64,000 bases of DNA from a virus, in the IMG/VR virus record IMGVR_UViG_3300035698_018616; one strand, written 5' to 3'. Shown here piece by piece: positions 31,679 to 39,655 of the stretch (the stretch's first letter is position 1; each line of letters starts with the position of its first letter). The notes under the pieces were generated by a model, which had not been told where the DNA came from, ran no database searches, and was given only the letters and a program-made list of their open reading frames with translations. The translations under genes and the position numbers were made by a program.

Positions 31679-33457
31679 TCATAATATTCCCATTAAATCA
31701 TCATAACTAATTATTTGTGTACCATATTCTCTTGCCTTTTTTGTCTTACCTGATTGAGAATCTACATCATTAGTAACAAGGTAGTTGGTTGTTTTACTCA
31801 TACCTTTTACTGTTCCGCCTTGATCTTCTATGAGTGATATAATTTCCTTTCTACCTATATCACCTTTACCAGTTAAAGCAAATTGTTGTCCTTTCAGTAA
31901 CATATTATTATCTCCTTCTTTCTCAAACTTCATACCAATTTGTTCTGTAAGGTATTTATACAAGTTTTCACACCTATAAATGTTCATTACAATATTTCCT
32001 GCTATCTTAGGACCTACACTCTCACATTCTGTTAGTTCATCTATCCCAGATTCAAATATATTTTCAATAGTACCAAAGCATCCTAATAAAGTTTTTGACA
32101 TCCTTCTACCCACACCTGGTATAGCGAATGATTGTAATAATTTTTCTTGTGTAGTAGTAAGGGTCTTAGTTATTTCATCTACTATCATTTCACCACTTCT
32201 TATACCGAAACCATCTATTTCCGATATTTCAAATTCATTAAGGTCATATACTTCTTCAATATAATGGACACCAAGCTTCTCTAATGTTATACTTGTTATA
32301 TTCTCTGCACCTAATGCTCTTAGAAAATACTCTACGCTTTTTAGTGTCCTTGAATGACAGTTTTTATTAGTACAAACAATATCAACACCCTTCCATTCAA
32401 CTTTAGTATCACAAGATGGACAATAATCAGGTACATCCTTCTTCTTAGATGTATTGTTCTCTACGGAGGTTAAATATGGAATTACATCACCACTCCTCGT
32501 TATTTTTACAGTAACTCCAGAAACAATACTATTGTCCAATATAAATTTGGCATTAAATCCTGTAGTCCTATTTATTTTGACACCACCTATTTCTATGGTT
32601 TCAAATATCACAACGGGTATAATCCTTCCTGTCCTACCAACATTCCACTCTACTGATAATACTTTAGTTTCGACTGATTCCCCTTGTACCTTAAACGCTA
32701 TTTTATTTTTAGGGTATTTTACATCTTCCCTTTCTGAATTATTGACGGTTAATACAACACCATCTACATCCCAATCCCCTTTACTGCTTATCATAGACAT
32801 TACTTCTTTAATATCAAATTCTTCCATCAATACCCATTCAGGTGTTCTTAAACCCAAAGATTCAATAAGCACAAATCTTTCATACTCAGTATAGGTTTTT
32901 AATTCAGCATATTCAATCAGTTCATAGAAAAATGGAAAAATCAATTCTACATCATTTAATTCATCTCTATTAAGCATACCGGCTACACCATTTCTTGCGG
33001 TCTTAAATCCAAGGTCCAAATGAGAACCACCTACAAGCAATGCTTCTCCACGTACTACCATGAGACTCTTATTTTCTATAGGCTCACAAAATATTTTAGC
33101 CTTATCCGTTATATCTCTACCATATTCACCATCACCTCTAGTAGAAGCAAATTCTACTTCACCATCTCTATATATAACAAGTATACTTACACCATCTAAT
33201 TTCTGACTTGCTAAAATTTCACCAGGATGTTTTTCAATCCACCCATCTACGGTATCAGGTTTCAACTTATTAAGACTACCTAATACATAGGGTAGCTTTA
33301 TCTTATCCTTTGAAGGTGAACCCACAGTTTTAAAATAGGGGTCGTTTGGATATTCCTCTTTAGCCTGTTCCTTTAGATAGTCATATTCTTCATCAGATAT
33401 AGGAGAGGTACCATCAGTGTAATACAACAAATCATATTCTTTTAGTTTCTTAATCAT
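31679..33457 (-). CDS. ligA: NAD-dependent DNA ligase with BRCT domain
   Basis: KLDGVS, ASTRGDGEYG, VRGE, ARNGVAG, DGVV, IAFK, GRTGRIIPV, Zn finger CPSC...C...C, HhH repeats, BRCT. Confidence 0.95.
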   Translation of the reverse strand: MIKKLKEYDLLYYTDGTSPISDEEYDYLKEQAKEEYPNDPYFKTVGSPSKDKIKLPYVLGSLNKLKPDTVDGWIEKHPGEILASQKLDGVSILVIYRDGEVEFASTRGDGEYGRDITDKAKIFCEPIENKSLMVVRGEALLVGGSHLDLGFKTARNGVAGMLNRDELNDVELIFPFFYELIEYAELKTYTEYERFVLIESLGLRTPEWVLMEEFDIKEVMSMISSKGDWDVDGVVLTVNNSEREDVKYPKNKIAFKVQGESVETKVLSVEWNVGRTGRIIPVVIFETIEIGGVKINRTTGFNAKFILDNSIVSGVTVKITRSGDVIPYLTSVENNTSKKKDVPDYCPSCDTKVEWKGVDIVCTNKNCHSRTLKSVEYFLRALGAENITSITLEKLGVHYIEEVYDLNEFEISEIDGFGIRSGEMIVDEITKTLTTTQEKLLQSFAIPGVGRRMSKTLLGCFGTIENIFESGIDELTECESVGPKIAGNIVMNIYRCENLYKYLTEQIGMKFEKEGDNNMLLKGQQFALTGKGDIGRKEIISLIEDQGGTVKGMSKTTNYLVTNDVDSQSGKTKKAREYGTQIISYDDLMGIL

Positions 33458-33885
33458 CTAAATAACTCCCTGTCTCTTTCCAATGTTTAAGTATATTCCT
33501 TATATCTAAAAGAGCTTCAAGTTTACACACCTCTACACTCAATTTTGCTTCACTAACACTATATAAAGCATTACCACCAATTTCTTTTAGTCCATTCATT
33601 ATTTCTTCTTTCTTTCTCATGCTAACATTCCCCCATCTGGTAGTGTAGGTTGTCCTTCTACTAACACCTTTAAAAATGCTTGTAATGTTTCCTTCAAATC
33701 AATAGGAACCACTTTCATATTGAATACCAGTTTACCCATTACCTTTTTAGGGTTAGATGTATAAGCATTGATAAAATTAGTGTCAGATTTATACACAACC
33801 TCTACGAGTTTTGCTATCTTCGTTTCCCAGAAAAGATTGTAATCCTCTTCTTTGATAAATATGGTTTGTTCTACAGGTTTTTCTA

Positions 33886-34326
33886 TCATGCTTCCCCTTC
33901 CAAGCATTCCAATAGTCGCTTTAAACACTTAATCAGTTTGGTATTTTTAAGTTTGATCCTATTGTTAAATTCCTCTTCGGTTAATTCTACATCATTAAGA
34001 TACCAATACTTCCAACCATTAATACATTCTATAGCAGGACCATCTGTTCTATGAAATTTACCATTCAGGTACCATTCCTTATCACCATTAATACATTCTA
34101 TAGCAGGACCATCTGTTCTATGGAATTTACCATTCAAGTACCAATACTTATCACCATTTGCGCATTCTATAGCAGGACCATCTGTTCTATGGAGTTTACC
34201 ATTCAGGAACCATTTCTTATCACCATTGGGATATTCTAAAGCAGGCCCATCTACTCTATGAAGTTTACCATTTAGAAACCATTGCTTAGTACTATCATCA
34301 TACACCTTTACCGTATATTCTATCAT
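33886..34326 (-). CDS. LHR.DGPA repeat protein (4 x 23-aa / 69-bp repeats)
   Basis: NGDK.W.LNGK.HRTDGPAIEC units. Confidence 0.85.
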   Translation of the reverse strand: MIEYTVKVYDDSTKQWFLNGKLHRVDGPALEYPNGDKKWFLNGKLHRTDGPAIECANGDKYWYLNGKFHRTDGPAIECINGDKEWYLNGKFHRTDGPAIECINGWKYWYLNDVELTEEEFNNRIKLKNTKLIKCLKRLLECLEGEA

Positions 34327-35063
34327 CCTTCCTCCTCTGAAAACAAGCTGTCCTTATTATCTTTAACAATTTCATCCTTATCATATACTTCCCTCTTATG
34401 ATACAGGCTCTCCAACTCTTTGTACAACACCTTCTTAATGGTTTTTAATTCACCAACCTTCATTTCATCCAACTGATCATCATCGACTAATTTCTTAATA
34501 GTGTTATCCACAACTCTTTTCCTATCATCGGAATCTTTTAGGTCACCATTGTTAAATAGACCTTTAGCAGTAGCTTCTACACTATCGCATAACATTAATA
34601 CAGCCGCTTCTATTGATTGTGGTGGTTTACATTTATAACGATAAACATCATCAAGATTACTTTTTGACTTATTATAAAAGTATTGTAATACTGTGTTACC
34701 ATGATGTTGGGAAATTATTTCAAGCATTTTATGTGGTATATCAGGTATTTGTAATAGAACCAGTATACTATCACCTACATGCCTTGTTATCAAATTGTAA
34801 CTTACCATTGGGTCAATATCATCATGTATATTTGTACCATTCTGATTCTCACCAAAAGCATCAGGATTATTCATTTTACCTATATCATGATACATTGCTG
34901 ATGCTCTCATAATATCCGTATCTAACTCCAGTATATTAGATACAGATTCACAGAAGTTCATAACATTATTACAATGACGAAAAGTACCAGGAGCGGCCTC
35001 TTTAAATTTATCCATCAAAGGGTAGTCAAGGTTTATAATATTTTTAAGTAACGAATCACTCAT
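34323..35063 (-). CDS. Stand-alone HDIG phosphohydrolase (PgpH/7TM-HD-type HD domain)
   Basis: APGTFRHC, YHDIGKM, F.ENQ, ITRHV, ISQHHG.T...YFY, YRY..KPPQSIEAAVLMLCDSVEA. Confidence 0.85.
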   Translation of the reverse strand: MSDSLLKNIINLDYPLMDKFKEAAPGTFRHCNNVMNFCESVSNILELDTDIMRASAMYHDIGKMNNPDAFGENQNGTNIHDDIDPMVSYNLITRHVGDSILVLLQIPDIPHKMLEIISQHHGNTVLQYFYNKSKSNLDDVYRYKCKPPQSIEAAVLMLCDSVEATAKGLFNNGDLKDSDDRKRVVDNTIKKLVDDDQLDEMKVGELKTIKKVLYKELESLYHKREVYDKDEIVKDNKDSLFSEEEG

Positions 35064-35087
35064 ATAAAATACTCCTTTTTATCTTCT

Positions 35088-35116
35088 ATAGTACCATAAA
35101 TAATGAGAATTGTAAA
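35088..35116 (-). promoter_or_regulatory. Sigma70-type promoter for the HD gene (TTTACA-17-TACTAT)
   Basis: Consensus match. Confidence 0.75.
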
Positions 35117-35125
35117 CTATTTGTG

Positions 35126-35200
35126 TGGAGCCTCTGGAGGAAATTGAATCCCCGTTTTTGCCTTACGAAAGCATTATTCTACCATTTGAACTACAGAGGC
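35126..35200 (-). tRNA. tRNA-Thr(CGT)
   Basis: Cloverleaf, anticodon loop TTCGTAA, U73-CCA. Confidence 0.8.
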
Positions 35201-35715
35201 TTGGCAAAAAGACCCATAATGGAATCATATTTTGCTGAACAATAAGAATCATCGAAAGTTGCTTTATGTGCATATTTTAGCATTTGTAAAAAATTATAAT
35301 TGTATGCTGGATTTCTATCCCAATTCTCTAATCTAATTACCTGACCAAGCCGACAACCTCTAATACTTACCTCATTACATATATAACGATATGAATGACC
35401 TTCTATACCATCCTTTTGTAAAAAATTATAATAATCTCGATGATTTGCAGCCATCACATATGTTGTATCATTTCTCATTCTATCCTAAAAAGGTCCCAAT
35501 ACTCTCCTGTTCTATTTTTTATAATTCCTATATCGACATTATCACTAACTATCATTACCTGAACATCTTTAGGTAAATAATGTTTAAGACTATTTTTTAT
35601 TCTATCATACTCTTCAACAGTGGTTTCAATAGGTAATTTAACAACCAGTATATCACCTTTCTCTAATGATAACTTGTTCATTTCTTTAATTATACCATCC
35701 ATACATCACCTTTTG

Positions 35716-35812
35716 TGGAGGAGGGTGTGGGATTCGAACCCACGAACGATATTCTTCGTATCGCTTTCTGTTTTCAAGACAGACGTAATCAGCCGGACTC
35801 TACCAACCCTCC
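35716..35812 (-). tRNA. tRNA-Ser(TGA)
   Basis: Cloverleaf, long variable arm, loop CTTGAAA, CCA. Confidence 0.9.
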
Positions 35813-35992
35813 CTTATGTTACCTCTACTATGTAAGTTTTGTTACTCAATTTACCTGTTTTAGTCACCCTCCTTACCTTCTTATACTTAAAGAAAGCAGG
35901 ACAGGTATTTTTATACTTTTTTCTACAAATACCTTCACACAAATCAGCCACAGCACAACCTTCATAAATTCTTTCATCATTAGCCATTTCTC

Positions 35993-36265
35993 TCATAACT
36001 CCTTTTCAAATAATTCATCCAAATCAGAATATCTTGAATATTCAATCCTATCAATCCAATCTTTATGATAAAGTCTTTGATAAGTCTTAGAATCAGTGAA
36101 CACTATAAATCTCCATCCACCATTACGTTCATCAAATATTTCACCCTCATGAGGCACACCATCAAAGTATTTCTCCATATCAGATGTAATAAAGTACTTG
36201 TAATCATCTAAAGGCTTATTACCATAATACTTTAGCATGTCTAATGTCTTCAGGGTTATAAACAT
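35993..36265 (-). CDS. Hypothetical protein ending DLDELFEKEL
   Basis: ORF track; related in layout to 36938..37174. Confidence 0.6.
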   Translation of the reverse strand: MFITLKTLDMLKYYGNKPLDDYKYFITSDMEKYFDGVPHEGEIFDERNGGWRFIVFTDSKTYQRLYHKDWIDRIEYSRYSDLDELFEKEL

Positions 36266-36267
36266 TT

Positions 36268-36564
36268 TTACTTTTCCTTATACAATCTATATATGCTTTT
36301 TACACCATTTTCCATTTTCTTGTAGGCTGATGGATTAGATGTGTGTATCATGATATTAGGAGGTATAAAACTTGTTGTAGCAACCCTTTCCTCCATCCAT
36401 AGTATCACATCATATCCTGTGCCTTTCTGATCATTACCAAGGTCATGATCTAAAGAAATTACTGTTACTCTACCTGTTTCAAGTAATTTGATAGCTTCTT
36501 TAGGCCATTTAACTAATTCCCAATCACTGGTGGGTATACGAATATCATCAAGATAAACCTTCAT
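36268..36564 (-). CDS. Cyclic-phosphate-processing receiver-domain-like protein
   Basis: MKVYLDDIR.P...ISLDHDLG...GYDV..W....IHTSNP. Confidence 0.8.
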   Translation of the reverse strand: MKVYLDDIRIPTSDWELVKWPKEAIKLLETGRVTVISLDHDLGNDQKGTGYDVILWMEERVATTSFIPPNIMIHTSNPSAYKKMENGVKSIYRLYKEK

Positions 36565-36587
36565 TGCTCACAACTTCCTTTCTGTAA

Positions 36588-36664
36588 TGGTGGTAGCGAA
36601 GGAAAGAATCGAACTTTCTTACAACAAGATATGAGCTTGTGTCACTTACCAAAGTTCATCGCCA
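36588..36664 (-). tRNA. tRNA(CAT), degenerate (Met/Ile2)
   Basis: ACAAG-CTCATAT-CTTGT arm and T-arm; weak acceptor and D arm. Confidence 0.55.
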
Positions 36665-36672
36665 TAAATTCA

Positions 36673-36744
36673 GGATGTAGAGCCAGGAGTTGAACCTGGA
36701 AAGCCTGGGATATGAACCCAAGTGGGAGACCCCTCCTCTCTACG
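36673..36744 (-). tRNA. tRNA-fMet(CAT)-like, atypical D arm
   Basis: C1:A72 mismatch, GGG/CCC anticodon stem, loop TTCATAT; no encoded CCA. Confidence 0.65.
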
Positions 36745-36755
36745 ATAATTTTGTG

Positions 36756-36827
36756 TGGAGTCCCTGGAGGGAATCAAGCCCTCTCTAATGATTTTGCAGA
36801 CCACTACTAACATCAGTTATCAGGGAC
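36756..36827 (-). tRNA. tRNA-Cys(GCA)
   Basis: GTCCCTG/CAGGGAC stem, loop CTGCAAA, U73-CCA. Confidence 0.75.
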
Positions 36828-36838
36828 ATATTTTTGTG

Positions 36839-36932
36839 TGGTACCCCGAACAGGATTCGAACCTGTAATGCTCTCTAATCTGGAGACTATGCCGGGTATA
36901 AGCCGGGTGTGTTACCGTTACACTATCAGGGC
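36839..36932 (-). tRNA. tRNA with TAT anticodon and long variable arm
   Basis: CCGG-CTTATAC-CCGG arm, ~24-nt variable region, canonical D/T arms, ACCA. Confidence 0.75.
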
Positions 36933-37170
36933 ATGTACTATAATTTCATACTAAACAATTCATCTAAATCTTCGTGTCTATTTACGTCCATTGTCCAATC
37001 TTTATGTACTAACCAATAAGTTCTATCAGCATCTACATAATTATAACAATCATCTTCAAAATTTGTAACCTTCCTAATGGTTACACCATCAAAGAATTTT
37101 ATCATGTCTTCCGCTAATACAGGATACATACCGGGGTTCACAATATCCCCAATTTTTTTGAATACTACAT

Positions 37171-37359
37171 TCATTTTAATTCCACATTCAATACATTTTT
37201 GATGATCTTTCTAAACTCATCCCAGTCCTTCTTTTCCACTGTTTTCTCCATTGATTTGATTTCATTTTTAGAAGCAACCCTATAGAACTTTACCATTTCT
37301 TCTATCCCAAGATTTCCTGGATATGAGGCCTCCGTCAACATCCATCTATCAAATTTCAT
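37171..37359 (-). CDS. Hypothetical protein (capsid-targeting-like N-terminus)
   Basis: MKFDRWMLTE. Confidence 0.55.
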   Translation of the reverse strand: MKFDRWMLTEASYPGNLGIEEMVKFYRVASKNEIKSMEKTVEKKDWDEFRKIIKNVLNVELK

Positions 37360-37692
37360 ATAATCCCCCTTATCCCATTCCAAACCCCGCTACACCTTTA
37401 AATTTCTCAGGTTTATTTATAACTCTATACCCTTTATCTTCTTTCCATTCAAACCATAAAGCATTCATGTCAATATTATACATACCTTCATCAATGCTCT
37501 CAATGACACAATACCTAAACCATCCATTCTCATAAATATCACCATTATTATACTCAACACTTTCAATAGCATCATTCAGGTCATAATAAAACCCCACGGT
37601 TCTAGAACCCTTTGGCCACTTCACATCATTTATGGTAGTTATCACATGAATTTTACTTGCCATTATACAAATTCCTCTAATTCCTCTAATTA

Positions 37693-37767
37693 TGGAACCC
37701 CTGACAGGAATTGCACCTGCGTACGATATCTTAGGAGGATATTGCTGTTCTACTCAGCTACAGGGGT
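37693..37767 (-). tRNA. tRNA-Arg(CCT)
   Basis: ATATC-CTCCTAA-GATAT, CCA. Confidence 0.8.
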
Positions 37768-37776
37768 TTAATTTTT

Positions 37777-37851
37777 TGGTAGGCCCGGAAGGTAATGCTC
37801 CCTCGTCTTATGGGTAAGAACCAAATATTCTACTATTTGAACTACGAGCCC
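37777..37851 (-). tRNA. tRNA-Lys(CTT), degenerate
   Basis: Loop TTCTTAC, weak anticodon stem, altered T loop, ACCA. Confidence 0.6.
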
Positions 37852-37861
37852 ATATTTTAAA

Positions 37862-37993
37862 TGCTGTGTTGGTAGTTTATACCTACTGGCTATTTATCAT
37901 CTCCCGAAAATAGCTTCCGTTGCTTCCGTATAGAGTAGCACACGCCCATATACTGGTGAAGATTAGCATCCATATTTAAATGGCAACACAGCA
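37862..37993 (-). ncRNA. Unknown multibranch structured RNA candidate
   Basis: Perfect 10-bp closing stem TGCTGTGTTG/CAACACAGCA with nested hairpins; lies between tRNAs. Confidence 0.55.
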
Positions 37994-37998
37994 AAATC

Positions 37999-38076
37999 TG
38001 GACCGCCTGGGGAGAGTCGAACTCCCATGTGTCCATTAGCTTTCTACCGATTAGAAGTCGGTCGGCATACAGGCGG
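37999..38076 (-). tRNA. D-armless tRNA-Arg(TCT)-like
   Basis: CCGCCTG/CAGGCGG acceptor, ACCGA-CTTCTAA-TCGGT, GGGAG-TTCGACT-CTCCC; only 7 nt in place of the D arm. Confidence 0.75.
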
Positions 38077-38523
38077 TTATATTCTTTCTTTATTTATTTC
38101 TTTAATCTTCAACCATTTCTTCTTTGTCATTTTTTCATCTTTTGATCTTTTCAAGTGTGCTGCTTGTCTTTTCTCTTTGCAAGCTTTTAATCTCTCTTGA
38201 CGTTTGGCTTCCTTTGCAATTCGTTTTGCTTTATTCTTTTCTCTACGGCCTTCAAGACGGTATTTCTTACAATTTTTTTCATCACGTCCAAATTTCCTTG
38301 TTCCGCCACCACCTCTTCCACCTTGTCTACCCATTTTATTACTCTCCCTTCTTCTCTAATCTTTCATTTCTACATGCCTTAGAATGACAATATGTATCAT
38401 ACTTCTTACACACTAACACTTCATGATTACACCAAAAGCATTTCACCTTTATTAGATTACCATTTTCAACACATTCTAAATATTGTTCTCTAAAACCTTT
38501 CATGTAATTACCTTTTTAAAATT

Positions 38524-38599
38524 TGGTGAGCGGGTCCCAGGATTTGAACCAAGACCTCCCAACGGGTAGTCGGGTATGCTACTGTTACACCAAACCCGC
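38524..38599 (-). tRNA. tRNA-Gly(ACC)-like
   Basis: GCGGGTT/GACCCGC-U73 Gly-type acceptor; CCCGA-CTACCCG-TTGGG. Confidence 0.65.
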
Positions 38600-38616
38600 T
38601 TAATTTGTTCTATATA

Positions 38617-38688
38617 TGGTATCTCGAAGGGGATTTGAACCCTGTCTTTGGTTAGAGACCAATGTCCTGCCATTTAGACGACCGAGAT
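38617..38688 (-). pseudogene. Degenerate Glu-like tRNA with malformed anticodon loop
   Basis: Glu/Asp-type D arm GTCTAAATGGCAGGAC; TTGGT-CTCTA-ACCAA; weak T stem. Confidence 0.5.
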
Positions 38689-38699
38689 AAAACTTTCTT

Positions 38700-38773
38700 T
38701 GGTAGTGCTACGGAGAATCGAACTCCGATTATGCGATAGAAAGTCGCATGTCCTACCATTAGACGACAGCACC
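38700..38773 (-). tRNA. tRNA-Glu(TTC)
   Basis: TGCGA-CTTTCTA-TCGCA, ACCA. Confidence 0.88.
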
Positions 38774-38789
38774 AAATTCTTATACTTCT

Positions 38790-38818
38790 ATAATAACAGA
38801 TATGAAGATAATTGTAAA
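38790..38818 (-). promoter_or_regulatory. Internal sigma70-type promoter in the tRNA array (TTTACA-17-TATTAT)
   Basis: Consensus match just upstream of tRNA-Glu. Confidence 0.7.
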
Positions 38819-38837
38819 CTTTAGAAATTTTTATTAA

Positions 38838-38911
38838 TGGCAGGTCCACCAGGATTCAAACCTGGGTAGTTCGGATCAGAGCCGAGTATGTTATCGCTAC
38901 ATCATGGACCT
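38838..38911 (-). tRNA. tRNA-Gln(CTG)
   Basis: CTCGG-CTCTGAT-CCGAA, GCCA. Confidence 0.82.
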
Positions 38912-38914
38912 GTA

Positions 38915-38988
38915 TGGTAGCCCCTCACGGTACCGCCCCGTGTTTTCCCACTTGTAAGGAGGGTGTAATACTTTTCTACTAAGGGGCT
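38915..38988 (-). tRNA. tRNA-Val(TAC)
   Basis: CCCTC-CTTACAA-GTGGG, ACCA; atypical T loop. Confidence 0.72.
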
Positions 38989-38998
38989 ATAGTATATA

Positions 38999-39085
38999 TT
39001 GACCATAAGCAGGATTGACTTAGAAGTAGCGTTCCATCATCTTCTAAAACCTACTACCGGTGGGTTTGCGGTTACTTATGGTCAA
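38999..39085 (-). ncRNA. Unknown structured RNA candidate
   Basis: Perfect 11-bp closing stem TTGACCATAAG/CTTATGGTCAA. Confidence 0.5.
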
Positions 39086-39092
39086 GTATAAA

Positions 39093-39220
39093 AATTGAAT
39101 ATGCCTTGACCAGGTCGCTCGGTTGATAAATGCAGACGCCGTTTACTTATCCCACGGCCAACAGGCAACCTCTACCTACGTCTTAGTGACGACCGCCCTC
39201 ATTGCAAGACATATTCAATT
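39093..39220 (-). ncRNA. Unknown structured RNA candidate
   Basis: 16-bp closing stem AATTGAATATGTCTTG/CAAGGCATATTCAATT; inner GGTCG/CGACC and GCCGT/ACGGC helices. Confidence 0.6.
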
Positions 39221-39226
39221 GTTTGT

Positions 39227-39418
39227 ATGTGGTAGCCAGGGATTTGAACCCTGGACGAGGGGACTGCGAAACTGGCTAACCTCACCCCTCACGCCAATAA
39301 AACGGATGCCTTATGTTTCTGATTCGCGTTTAGCGCCCATCGGAATTGACAAATATGCCGAGCCTTCCTTTACTCCCCATTTAACGCCCGATTGTCAATT
39401 TTTACGCCACTACCACAC
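39227..39418 (-). ncRNA. Long tRNA-like ncRNA (family member 1)
   Basis: GTGTGGTAGT/GCTACCACAT terminal stem contiguous with T arm CAGGG-TTCAAAT-CCCTG; internal AATTGACAA/TTGTCAATT and GAGGGG/CCCCTC helices. Confidence 0.7.
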
Positions 39419-39655
39419 ACATTACTTTTTCTTAAATCCGAATCCACAAAACCCTTGAAAAAATGACAGGTATTCTGTGTTGATAGTAATTCTTACATAA
39501 TATGGACACTGATCTTTCCGAGAATCAGCACAAAGTTTCATTTCTATTGGTATTGTGTTGTTAGAATTGCAGCCAGATTGCGGAGTTCCATCTCCTATTT
39601 CAATCTTAGTTGTTTTATCCATGTCTACAGCCTCCTTATGTTACTACCACATATA

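Noticed and set aside
33886-34326. Diversity-generating retroelement (TR/VR) suggested by imperfect 69-bp repeats
   Set aside because: No reverse transcriptase in the window; the repeats are in-frame coding tandem units and mismatches are not adenine-specific.
38617-38688. Possible amber (CTA) suppressor tRNA / genetic code reassignment
   Set aside because: The loop TTGGT-CTCTA-ACCAA cannot place CTA in a canonical 7-nt loop, and the T stem is degenerate. Long genes are intact under the standard code and TAG is used as a real stop, so there is no sign of recoding.
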